Under the pieces are notes generated by a model. It worked only from the letters and a program-made list of their open reading frames with translations, ran no database searches and had not been told where the DNA came from. A program made the translations under genes and the position numbers. From Macrostomum lignano (lineage: Eukaryota), in the NCBI GenBank assembly GCA_002269645.1, contig NIVC01002246.1, forward strand, positions 1-64,000: DNA of 64,000 bases. Direction: 5' to 3'. This document shows positions 49,201-60,800 of this stretch, piece after piece; within the stretch, counting starts at the first letter, position 1, and each line of letters starts with the position of its first letter.

Positions 49201-52200
49201 AATCTGCCACAAACTCAGAACAATAAACAATGCAAAAAATTGAATGCGGATTTAAACTGCCACCCTTTAGTTTAAAGCTTCTATGTCACAATGCCAGAAA
49301 AGCCTTAGAATTGCTGCAACATCTGCAAAGATGCCAATGGTTGCACAAATGACACAATTGATGATTCAAAGGGTAGCAAAGGCAGCGCAGATGACACTGG
49401 CATTGATCATAGTGAAATCAGCACCAATAGCAGCAAAGGCAATGCAGATGGCACTGCCAATGGTAGCAAGGGCTGCGGAGATCGCACAGAGACAGAGGCT
49501 AATGAAAGTAGCACAGATGACACTCAGGCAAGTGAAAGCAACACAAAAATGACAAAAATCCATTGCCATCAAAAACTGGCAATCAAGTTTTTAACAAAAA
49601 CTTCTCCATGTAGATTTGTCTCTTTTTAATGCTAAAAACTTCAAACAAGTCAGAACAAAAAATCGGCACAGGCAGAATTGCATGTTAGTGGGTTCGGATC
49701 ATTTATCAGTGCTACAATTTGGAGAACGTGTACTACTTGCCCTTTTGAACTACAAGGAAGCCTTTGATAGTGCTACTTTAGAGAAGACCCTAAAAGGGTA
49801 CATTCAAACAGTGACTGCTTGTCTGTTTCAATTCACAATGTTTTGTGAGGAGCAACTCAGAACTCTGCTCAAGTGCATGGGAAAAAGTCATGTGCTGCAT
49901 TTTGATGCCACCAATGGTATTGTAAAAAAAGTGCACTACATAAAAGGCCAGCCATTTTTCTACTCATTGACGCTTGAGTCTGCACGAATCACTTGCAGTC
50001 AACATTGCTAATGCTGTCCTAACGTCACATAACAGGGGGGGCCATAGCCCAGCAGTAGCGCAGCTGCTCTGGTGTGCCAGCGACCCAGGCTCGATTCCAA
50101 GTGCAGCCACATTAATTTGGGGCTGAATTGGAATTTAGGCTTGGCTCGCTTGTGCAATTAACGGCCTTGAGAACCAACCCCCCAAGGCGCATTGAAGTGT
50201 ACATGCCTAACAATTGATAAAAGTTAGGGCCGCTGTACACTCCTGTGTAAGTGTGTGCCTGTGTAACGTATCCGCGCGCTTGTATGCCTGCTCAGGGGAG
50301 TCGGCGGAATGGGCAGTAATGCCTCTCGCCGGTTGTGTGCCAATGTCGCCTAAAGTGCGCCAGGGTGCACACAACCCCCCTGCCTCTAATTAAAAAAAAT
50401 GTCACATAACACAGAAAATGTGCACAATTTCTTGTTGCAAGTTTTCTATGCTATAAACAGGCTCCATGCTTGATCAATTCCCCATATTGGGATTGTCCTT
50501 ACTGATTTTTCCTGGGCACTTATTTTTGCTGTTTGTGGTAGCTTTTGCCAAATGGACATTAGTGATTTACTTCAGCATTATTTTGAACATTTTGAAAACT
50601 TGGGCAATTCTGTCAAGTCAATGCCTTTCTTGTGTACGAATCATGTCATTGCAACAGTATGTTAAACATTAAAAAAGCTAAAATTTGCAAGCATCGATAC
50701 TTGAATGAGACATTTTTTCATCTGTGTTTTAGTACTGTTAATATACAGCAAGTCATATACTGCTATTGTAAGCTCAGCTGAACTAGCTGTTAAACTATTT
50801 AGTTTACAATGTTCAGTCCCACATGTGCTGAGATTGCCAGCTGAATGAGTTGCTCTCTGGCAAACAATTGATGTTCCAGAAGACTCTAATCCAAGGGATG
50901 CCAACAAGGTGTCTAGCAAGTTTTGTTCAAGGAAACTGTAATTAATGCTTCTAGCATTCATAAAAAATTGCCATTTTTGCCAAGTTTGTTGGCAGGGTTT
51001 GCCAAGATGCCACGGATGGCCCAATCACGAATCTGCAGTATTCTAAAATGTTGACTGCGCTCCTTGTTGATAAGTGGCTTCCTCTAGCTCCTATTTGAGG
51101 TCATTTTGTGATTGAGAACCAAAGCCATTTTGAGTTAAGGAAATCATGGTATTCAAATGTGACAGCTGAAAATTACTTTGGGAGTATTAAGTATGATGTG
51201 CTACATGGCAGGAAAGGACTTTGTGCACCAGACTTCGTGATTGCATTTTTAGAGTGGACTAGACAACATCTAGAAATTAACAAATTCACTGCGCAATTGG
51301 GTGAGCTCATCTATTTGAAAGTGTGGTAAAAATTATGTGCAGGCTTCAGTATAGCTAAGTCTATAATACATAAGAAACAAATCTTTAATTTCCTTTAGAA
51401 TTATCATATTTAAATATTTAAATATGACCCTATATTTAAAATTGATTCCATGTAGGTAAAGTGTGACCTTTGTGACATGTGGTACCACGCTTTCTGCATC
51501 GGCTTGTCCCCTCGACAGTTTGATGCAGTGAAGAAGTTGAACTGCTTCTTTGTGTGCAATATCTGCCTGTTTCTCTATAGGCACGAGTGCAAAGAGTAAT
51601 GGTTTGGACTAAGAATTTTGAATTATGATTATTTTGTGATGATGTTTGCTAAACTTTTCAATGATGTGATTTTTTGAGCTTGTGATGGTTGTTGCTAAAC
51701 TTTTCGATGATATGATTTTTCGAGCTTATGACTTTTCGAGCTTGTGATGGTGGCTGCTAAATCAGTTTTTGACAATGTGATTTTTTGAGCTTGTGATGGT
51801 GGTTGCTAAACTTTTTGACAATATGATTTTTTGAGCTTATGATGGCGACCCCAGAAAACAACTACTAAATTTGCACTATGAATTAGCATTTGTACCTCAG
51901 CAAATCTAAAAGTACATGCATTTAAAAACACAAACGACCATCTGTCGCATTTTTGGATTCTCCTGGTATCGTGTCGCGCAACAGTGGTGTCAAGTGGTGT
52001 GTCGCATCGCGTGACACTGGAAACCTGGTGTCATCATGCGTCGCGTCGCGGCCTGGACCTGTAGCCAAAACCTTGCAAACTGTGCTTCATTGTAATATGT
52101 TCACGGTTGTTTCTTGGTATTTAAATGTTTCAAACATGTTTGATAATAACTAGTTCTTGAATTGTTCTTTTTTTTTCTGATGGTAAAGTAACTAATACTT

Positions 52201-54691
52201 CAAATATAATTTTTTGAAATTTACTTTTTAGTTACAATGTGTGCGCTGTTTTTCTAAGTGTTGTACCTTTGTTGTTTTACTGTTTATTGTTTTTAAATTT
52301 CTTTTTGTTTTCCGCAAAATTGAAAAGAATACTCTCGTCCCTCGCCCTATGGTCTCGGTGTCGGGAGTAAATGGCAGAACAGGAATTGTCAATTGCAATG
52401 TGGCTGCTGTGGCGTCCTCCCCCCTAGTCATTCGGTCAACAGACATCAGTATTGCGTCGCGCGTCGCCGCCCCCTAGTCAACAAAATTTGGTGTCACGTT
52501 GCACTTTTGAGGGCACAATTTTGGCACCCATTTCGCACATCTGCGGGTTTTTGAAACTTATTCCAATAGGGATTTAAAAAACATCCATTTCAAACTAGAG
52601 GTCAATAACTCCTAGATAGATGCATTAATCTTGCAGAAATTGCACAGAAATGTAGATTTCTTTTGTTATTTTTGATTTTCACTTCAACTCCAAATTAGTT
52701 TTCAGTTTTGAATGCAAACTAGATTTTTAAACTTTTTCTTTCATATGTAACAGGGGGATTCTTCCTTCTTAATAATATCCCACTGCTGTTACCAAAAGCT
52801 GTCCCAGGGCTCTTAATTATTCTCTTTCTAGTCTTACTTGCTGCCACCAAGTTGTCAAAGTGCTAAACTAATCTTTTAAGTTGGTAGCCGCCACCAGGAT
52901 TATCCTATTAATAAATTATGAGTTTATCAATCTTAGAATAATCAGAGAATTGTTTCTTGGAATTGATCTGAGTATATATCTTAGTATTTAGTCTGAGTAT
53001 TTTAGTCTGAGTATTTAGTCTAAGTACATGTATTTAGTCTGAGTATTATTCTTGGAAACTATTAGCCCTTAAAGATTTTATTCCTCTTATTCTGGTAGCG
53101 TTTATTCTGATTCCGGTAGCGTTTACTGCACTTTTGGCCTGAGTGGTCTATTGGCTATACTGGTATATGTATTCTATGTACTTTGCAAGTCCTTGGGCGT
53201 TACCGAGATCAGAGGGTCACAGCCTCCGTTATTCTTACACGTATTATATCAGATCTACTTTGCAACTTCTTACTACTCAACACTTTCCTTCTCAGTAGTA
53301 TATACAGTACACAATTCTGTCTACTTCACTCTTACTTCTTAAAAGGAATTAACACAGAAAACACTTCTTCAATTCTTATTTTCTCGGAGCTCTTACTATT
53401 AGCTATCAACTATTTTATTATTGAACCGCAATGCGCGAGGTTGGTCTCTCCTCTGCCAAAAATGCTTCTATTTATACTAAAATTTGCTACAGTTTTAAAC
53501 AAAAATTTGTTAGTGCAAAATATTATAGAAAATATGAGTATTAAAACAAAATGTTTCTTAGTTTTGGCGTGAATTCAAATTGACTAAACGGTGAATATTT
53601 TATAAAGAAATTGGGAGGGGCCCTGCATACATACTAAAAATGCACTAAAATTTATGCATTTAAACATTCATTTCAAACTAGAGGTCAATAACTCCAAGTT
53701 GGATGCATGAATCTTGCAGAAATTGCAAATAAATGTAAATTTCTTTTGTTATTTTTTATTTTCACTTTAACTCTAAATTAGTTTTCAGTTTTGAGTGCAG
53801 GCTAGGTCTTTAAACATTTTAATAGAGTCTATAAATGTAAAGAAATTGTTGAATTTATACAATCTATTTTAAACTAAAGATCAATAACAACAAAATGGAT
53901 GAATGAATTGGACTAAAAAGTCACAAAAATATAGAAAACAGTTGTTTTTTTTTATCATCTGATTATCACAGATTTAGACATACGGTTTGCTTTTGTAGGA
54001 TCTGAAAATTAGTTTTTGTTTTCAAAAATTTGGAGTTGGAGTTGGAGTTTGAATGCGGGCCATATATTGAACCTAAAAATTCTATATGCTAAGTATATGC
54101 CAAGATTGTTAGCAAGAGCAAAAATATGCCAGAATTTTCTAGCATATAGGTCACCTTCTGGACTATGGATGCTAATGATAGGAGGGCCTAGGCTTACAAT
54201 ACAAACAATCTTTTTAGGCCTACAATTCAATTCTTTTTAATGATCATTGATATGTCCTATGCAAATAGAGAACATAATATAATATAAATAAACTAATGAA
54301 ATTTATAATATACTAATAAAGGTGGCCTGTATGTCAAAGTTTTCTAGCATGCATGCATTTGCTATTGCCTCAGCTTAGCTTACTTTGCCTGGCCCTGGTG
54401 TAGGCCCATAGATAAAGTAGGCCTAGCACCTAGGCCTATAAAATTAAAAAGCTGCTTTTTTGACAAAAAATTTCCTATAGCTATGTAACACGGTTTTTTC
54501 TGTGTGCCTAGGCCTAGAGTAATATATATTTATGTGATTGGCATTGGCATCAATGTTTCCCCATGTCTATAATTATATGGCCACACCATGTTGCACCAAG
54601 CCCAACTCATGTATTGATTTGAAAACACACCCACCTTAGCTGTCGCAGCCATAGTTGAATCTCGTGCGATTGATGGTTTGCTGTCGGCCAT
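43229..54691 (-). CDS. Unrecognised 113-aa basic protein with three RxxT-helix repeats, 3 coding exons
   Basis: Exons 54691-54635 (MADSKPSIARDSTMAATAK), 43588-43448 and 43372-43229, all phase-0 GT-AG. Joining exon 1 to exon 2 completes the same motif that is seen twice downstream. Confidence 0.75.
46143..46559. mobile_element. hAT-like MITE
   Basis: TIR ccaggatggaat / attccatcctgg; 8-bp TSD cttagacc / cttagaac (7/8). Confidence 0.7.
46792..47052. mobile_element. PIF/Harbinger-like MITE
   Basis: TIR gggccttttcatatt / aataagaaaaggccc with subterminal ccagaaccagaa inverted motifs; flanks cag/aag are an imperfect 3-bp TSD. Confidence 0.55.
48021..49070 (+). mobile_element. 5'-truncated Penelope-like retroelement (RT thumb + GIY-YIG endonuclease)
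   Basis: STKVYHKPTFT..LIRCLLHRAY..N.FP; GVVYKFSCS..TYIGKTKRHLYTRVREH; LNILESMYIK. Frameshifts at about 48160 and 48780. Confidence 0.9.
48975..49025 (+). ncRNA. Hammerhead ribozyme-like motif in the Penelope 3' region (probably degenerate)
   Basis: CTGAAGA (48986-48992), stem II ggtc/gacc, GAAAC (49009-49013). Stems I and III are weak. Confidence 0.5.
49283..51600 (+). pseudogene. Disrupted NOF-like MULE DDE transposase
   Basis: GYIQTV..FQF.MFCEEQ, LHFDATNGIV (D1), TDFSWALI (D2), NVTAENYFGSIK (E). Stops, frameshifts and a SINE insertion. Confidence 0.78.
50035..50400 (+). mobile_element. tRNA-derived SINE, copy 2
   Basis: A-box-like tagcccagcagtag, B-box-like ggctcgattcc, tail ctctaattaaaaaaaa; exact 11-bp TSD gtcacataaca at 50024-50034 and 50401-50411. 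Confidence 0.88.
52746..53631 (-). mobile_element. Solo-LTR-like insertion in the right arm of Foldback element 2
   Basis: 886-bp block with TGT..ACA termini (tgtatgcaggg ... ccctgttaca on the minus strand) interrupting the arm unit at tttcata|ctg. The duplication is only ta or cata, so the TSD is ambiguous. Confidence 0.6.
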
Positions 54692-55599
54692 TTTATAACT
54701 TTTACTGAAGATAGACTTAAAATTTTTAACTAAGAATAAGATATAAAATAAGCCACACGATACTTGTTTGATCGGATGGATCGTGGTCGTCGCGAGGCGC
54801 GATCGCGAACGTTAAAGAATGATAATTCGGAATTTTGTAATGTAATTTTAGAGTGAAATAATTTCTTTTACACGATTAAAATTTCATATAGTAAAAAAAT
54901 AAGAAAACATAATGTTGATACTTATACCTATTTGTGCATAAACATATAAAATAAATAAAAAGTTTTGTTTTACATACGTATATTTCAATATTAGTATTCT
55001 TGAAACTGCACAAATTGAAGTCGAGTCGGCATGATGCGCAATTGCAAGTGCAATTATTACTAAACTCGTTTCTCAAGAAGCTGCAATAAACTAATCAAGT
55101 GAACTATACGTTTACTATAATACCCTCTAATTTCATTTTCCATGGAAAAGAAAGTCCCGATATGGTGCATTTATCAATTGCCGAGGCAATTCCGAGGCTA
55201 CAGTAGTTACATTTTAACCTATACATGTAAAACAATGATGCGCTAGGAAAGGAACTAAGCAAAAGTTTTTTACACAGTGTCAGTAATCTGGCAGTGACAT
55301 CTATTTAGTCAACCCGGATCGTTAGACTGGTGACTGGACAAATTATTCCAACCAGCAGCAATTTGGATCAACAATTATACTAGCTGTACGTATGTGGCAT
55401 CTGCACCACTCTGGTCACCACAGGCTTAACAGCTGGGCCCCCACATCCTACGTACTATACTAAAAATTCCAAACTAAATCCAAAAAAGCCCCTAGCATGG
55501 TTGTCCTGCTGGCTCAGATCAGGCGCGGTGTGGGCAACCACCGGAGGCCGATCACTGGCCCCTGCTATACAAGCTGCTATACAAGTTATGCTGCTCTGT

Positions 55600-56070
55600 A
55601 GATCCACCCTCGATCAGTTACGCCAGTGCATGCATGCTATCTAGGAGGCTTGGGTGTTAAGGGCAAACCTCGAAGCTCTCTACAGTTATAGAGTCCATGG
55701 CAAGCTTGCCGCGCACAACTACATGTATGATCGCGCTCCACACTCTACACTGTGCCCGTATACTTCTTATGCTGGGCCGGGGTTGGCCTTCCAAAAATTG
55801 CGGGCCTTTACAAAACTGTCGCTTATTCTGCACGACCTCTCAGCTCTAAGACTCGAGGAGTGCAGTGGCGGGGGGCTCAACATCGTCACAGACTAAATCC
55901 TCACGGAATAGAGGCATTGTCTCTCGGGCTTCGGAGAATTCACACGTCCTCATCAAGGGAGAAGCGGTGTGGAGCTACCCCCAGCACACTGCACTCAACT
56001 CCCAGTGTTTTCTCAGAGCGAGGTGCTTGCCATTAGGATCCTGTGTGGCAGAGCTGCGCAGAAGGCGGCT
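55600..56070 (+). pseudogene. Degenerate 3' fragment of an I/R1/Loa-type LINE ORF2
   Basis: LRANLEALYSYRVHGKLAAH..STLCP resembles the LxRxxLxxxTGHxxLxxH..CP C-terminal region. Confidence 0.4.
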
Positions 56071-56454
56071 CAGCGGTCGAAATTAAAATTTATTTTTTAC
56101 TTCAACCGCCATGCAACTGCAGCCAATCAGCCCCCCTAGCTTCTGTAGAACGACAAAAGCTCCAAAATCTGCTCTGGCCTGCAACGCCCAGCTCAATGGG
56201 CTCGCGCTGCTAGGCTCAGGTAGAGCGCAAGTGGATCCCGGGCACCAGACCCGCTGGCCAAGGCTGACTCCGTCGGTGTGCTTCTGGGGCGGAGCCCATG
56301 GGCACCGACAGGCGCGTCGCCACCGGGGGGACAGAGGGGACATACCCCCCCCCCAGTAAAAGCTACGGGGGACATGCAAATGCTTAGTCCCCCCCACCCC
56401 ACCTTGTGACCCGTTAGTAATCAATAATTTTTCTTCCAAAAAATGAGTACCTGT

Positions 56455-56820
56455 GGGCGCTAAAAGGAATGCCTGCGGCGCCAAAATGTGCTTGCGGCGC
56501 CAAAATGAGTGCCTGCGGCGCCAAAATGAGTGCCTGCGGCGCCAAAATGAGTGCCTGTGGCGCCAAAATGTGCTTGCGGCGCCAAAATGAGTGCCTGCGG
56601 CGCCAAAATGAGTGCCTGCGGCGCCAAAATGTGCTTGCAGCGCCAAAATGAGTGCCTGCGGCGCCAAAATGAGTGCCTGCGGCGCCAAAATGAGTGCCTG
56701 CGGCGCCAAAATGTGCTTGCGGCGCCAAAATGAGTGCCTGCGGCGCCAAAATGAGTGCCTGCGGCGCCAAAATGTGCTTGCAGCGCCAAAATGAGTGCCT
56801 GCGGCGCCAAAATGAGCGCA
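56455..56820. repeat. Minisatellite, 19-21 bp (gcggcgccaaaatgagtgcct)
   Basis: About 17 tandem copies, preceded by a MITE-like start caggcgcgtcgcc..gggggg at about 56310. Confidence 0.9.
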
Positions 56821-56929
56821 AGGACCACTAGAAGTAACTTCTGACAACACGATTCTCAAAAAATGGAAATATAGGAATCTAGTCATATATCACAATTTAG
56901 TCAAAGCCAACATGTTGAATTATTGGCTT

Positions 56930-57580
56930 TGTCCCCAAGGACGCCCCCAAGTGATGCCCCTCGGCATTGATCACCCGTCTCGGTGATCAACTCCCCGGCC
57001 GCGTTAGACACTGGTCTGACTCTCCGAGCATCTCTACGGATGTGGCACGACACTCGGAATAGCATGCAATGCCTACTGCCGTCACTTGTCCCTCCCCCCT
57101 CCTGCGGAGAGCCAGCTCCTTAGGCTCAACCGCAGGGACCTTAGAACAGTCCGCATGGCCCTGTCTCCGGGCATGGCTGCTTCTCTCGTCACCATTTCCT
57201 TCAGGTCCAGTTATCTGAGGAGCGAATGGCCTTTTTGTTGCTCAGGCAGTGAAAGCGATGAGCACTTTATCTTCCACTGCTAGGGGCCAGGCTCACTCAC
57301 CTCGGGCCAACCCTGGTTCTCTCCGACGTTTCAGGCCCGAGAGCATACCGCTGCTCGCCTGCAGTACCCCGGTAGCTCAGGAGTCAAGGGATATACGGCA
57401 CGATCTGAGTTCTTCCCCCTCGCTGGTGAGGAGGACTGCACTGCGCGGGCGAGATCCCGACGGGTCCCCCACCTGAGGAACATCGCTTCGAAGAAAGCCG
57501 TAAGTCGCCAGGGGCTAGAGGAATGGGCGGTCTCCTCCGCCTCCTCGCTACCATCCGCTGGTCGATGCCCACTGCAGCTA
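56930..57580 (+). pseudogene. 3' fragment of an I/R1/Loa-type LINE ORF2
   Basis: SQLLRLNRRDLRTVRMAL / SGHGCFSRHHF / PFCCSGSESDEHFIFHC across frameshifts, giving the TGH..H..CxxC..E..H..C pattern. Confidence 0.65.
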
Positions 57581-57883
57581 CATGTAAGTCCAGTAGGTAA
57601 AAACTTGCATTTTAGATATGCATATTTTTAGTGCAATCCGCAAAAAAGCACAAGAATTGATTAGAGTTTATCTATTTAGCTCTCATATATTGTTCCGATT
57701 TTGTACTGTAATAAAATGCATGCAGTAAGCGCAAAGGTCACACGTGAATTTACTTGCAATTTAAGTGCAATATACGCTTTTCGAGCTACCGGTATATGCA
57801 GTACTAAATGTATAGATCTGTAGTTTTTGTTCAGAAAATAAAATATGGCGACTAACGTACTAATTCATCCATTGATCAACTAA

Positions 57884-60800
57884 TCAATTATAGTCTTCAT
57901 CTTCGGAGCTGCTGGTCAGTAACTCGACCACAGCTCGTCTGCGCAGTGCGCTCGATTGTTGCTGCTCCTGGGCCCGGCGGGAGGCCTTCTTCTGTTGCTC
58001 CTCCCAGTGCCGTTGAGCCGCCTCCTGCCATTCGCGCTCTCTGAATGCGTCCTGCGATGGCGGGTCAGCGATCGGGTTGGGGATTAGCAGAGGGTGTCTG
58101 TTGGATGAGGCTGGGTTGGGGATTAGCAGAGGGTGTCTTTTGGATGAGGCTGGGTTGGGGTAGCAGAGGGTGTCTGTTGGATGAGGCTGGGTTGGGGATT
58201 AGCAGAGGGTGTCTGTTGGATGAGGCTGGGGTTAGGTGTAGCAGAGGGTGTCTGTTGGATGAGGCTGGGGTTAGGTGTAGCAGAGGGTGTCTGTTGGATG
58301 AGACTGGGGGTAGCAGAGGGTGTCTGTTGGATGAGGCTGGGGTTGGGGGTAGCAGAGGGGTCTATTGGATGAGGCTGGGGTTGGAGGTAGCAGAGGGTGT
58401 CTGTTGGATGAGGCTGGGGTTGGGTGCAGCAGAGGGTGTCTGTTGGATGAGGCTGGGGTTATGGACAGCAGAGGACATCGGACAGCAGTCCAGAACCTAG
58501 TTACAACCATAGTTACCTCCTCTTTCCTCCTGTGCACCAGGAACGCCACCTGAGACAGCAGGGTGTCCATTTTGGCTTCATCTTTAGCATCTTCGGCAGC
58601 TTGCAGGGTGAGCGACCGGTTCATTGGGAAGAAGTCCAGACGGTCTTTTTTGTACTGTTTGATAAAGGTGGACATTTAATTAAATGGGAAGAAGAATGAA
58701 GACAAAAACAAAGCCTATATTAATGTCTGTTCAACAGTGGGTTTTCAGATCTTTACTGTATTGATTAGCCATATATACATGTACTCGTAGTTCAAAAGGG
58801 GGTACTGATATCTTAGGCTATGGATAACTGGCTTTCACGAGTAACATAGGTTGTACAAGGTCAAAATCTACTTTTTTTCCAATTTTTACTGACTTTTTGA
58901 AGCCTCCCCAAGGGGGGCGAAATTGCTAGTCCTATATACTAAAAATGAGTCAGTTACAATAGACACGGCTCTACTCACGAGCTTCCACACGTACAGCTCG
59001 ATAGCTGTGTAGTCATTAAACCGAGTCTCGTTCAGGTGCAAAAAGAAAAACAAATAAGCCCACTGATTGTGCTCTTCCACAATGTGCTTCTTGAATCCCT
59101 GCAGAGACGTTTTGAGAGGTTTTTGTGCGATTGTATAAATCAACTTCAATCAATAAGTCGAGTTTATCCAGCACCGCTCCAATAAACAGAGTTATTGAAC
59201 AGAGTTATTATAAACACCCCAATCTCAACCCGGATTTTCCCAAGAGTCACTCCAATCACCCTGAAGTTTCCCGAGAGAGTCACTCCAATCACCCTGAAGT
59301 TTCCCGAGAGTCACTCCAATCACCCTGAAGTTTCCCGAGAGAGTCACTCCAATCACCCTGAAGTTTCCCACGAGAGTCACTCCAATCACCCTGAAGTTTC
59401 CCGAGAGAGTCACTCCAATCACCCTGAAGTTTCCCCAAAAGTCACTCCAATCACCCTGAAGTTTCCCACGAGAGTCACTCCAATCACCCTGAAGTTTCCT
59501 GAGAGAGTCACTCCAATCACCCTGAAGTTTCCCAAGAGTCAACCCAATCACCTTGACTCTCACCCCATTCACCCCAGTTGGGGTGAATTGGAGATTCACC
59601 CCAAATACCATGAAGCTTCCCAAGAGAGTCACTCTAATCACCCTGAAGTTGAGATTCACTCCAATTAACATGAAGTTGAGATTCACTCCAACTACCATGA
59701 AGATGAGATTCACTCCAATCACCCTGAAGTTTGCCAGTTAGAGTCACTCCCAATCACTCTGAAGTTTGTTAGGAGTCACTCCAATCACCCTAAAATTTGC
59801 CAAGAGTCACTCCAATCAGCGTGAAGTTTCCCCAAAAGTCACCCCAATCACCCTGAAGTTTCCCCAAAAGTCACTCCAATCACCCTGAAGTTTCCCAAAA
59901 AGTTACTCCAATCACCCTGAAGTTTCCCCAAAAGTCACTCCAATCACCCTGAAGTTTCCCCAAAATTCACTCCAATCACCCTGAAGTTTCCCCAAAAGTC
60001 ACTCCAATCAGTCTGAAGTTTGTTAAGAGTCACTCCAATCACCCTGAAGATTCCCCAAAAATCACTCCAATCACCCTGAAGTTTCCCCAAAAGTCACTCC
60101 AATCACCCTGAAGTTTCCCCAAAAGTCACTCTAATCACCCTGAAGTTTCCCCAAAAGTCACTCCAATCACCCTGAAGTTTCCCCAAAAGTCACTCCAATC
60201 ACCCTGAAGTTTCCCCAAAAGTCACTCCAATCACCCTGAAGTTTCCCCAAAAGTCACTCCAATCACCCTGAAGTTTCCCCAAAAGTCACTCCAATCACCC
60301 TGAAGATTCCCAGGAGTTACGTTGCTCCAGCGTCACTCCAATCTCAGAATGAGAAATTGTAAGTGTGGGCCTCTGTACATTGGACGTATACGATCAGTAT
60401 GTACTGTACATCCGTAAATGCTATAAAAAACTCACCCCGCCATAGTGCTCAAAATCGTAAGAATTCTTCGAGCAGATGAAGCACACTGAGCTCATGTCTT
60501 TGTCGATCCGCCATTTGGCATCTCGCAATTCGCTGAAAGTGTCCACAATAATGCCGAAGACGATGTTCAGCCCAATTGTGGTGATGATGATGAAAAATGA
60601 AATATCGAACGCAGTTTTAGCCAGATGGTAGTTGAAGCTGCGGTTTCTGGGCACGTCGAAGTACTGAAGTTTTTGCAAGGGTTCGTCGCCGGTAATTACT
60701 GACAGCTTATATACTATATAGCTACGAAGTATATAATGGCTTTTCAATGCCATTGAAAATCTTCAGATAGCAAAATTGAAATTTAGCTCAAAACACTTCT

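Larger units (their letters stand above)
47118..54062. mobile_element. Foldback/NOF-like MULE element 2 (older, diverged arms)
   Basis: Left arm 47118-47850 with about 190-bp tandem units is the reverse complement of 52570-52745 plus 53632-54062; 9-bp TSD tatattgaa at 47109-47117 and 54063-54071; central NOF-like transposase. Confidence 0.82.

Noticed and set aside
55921-55975. Second hammerhead-like motif on the minus strand (ttgatgaggac..tccgaag)
   Set aside because: Both catalytic boxes deviate from CUGANGA and GAAA, and stem II pairs poorly.
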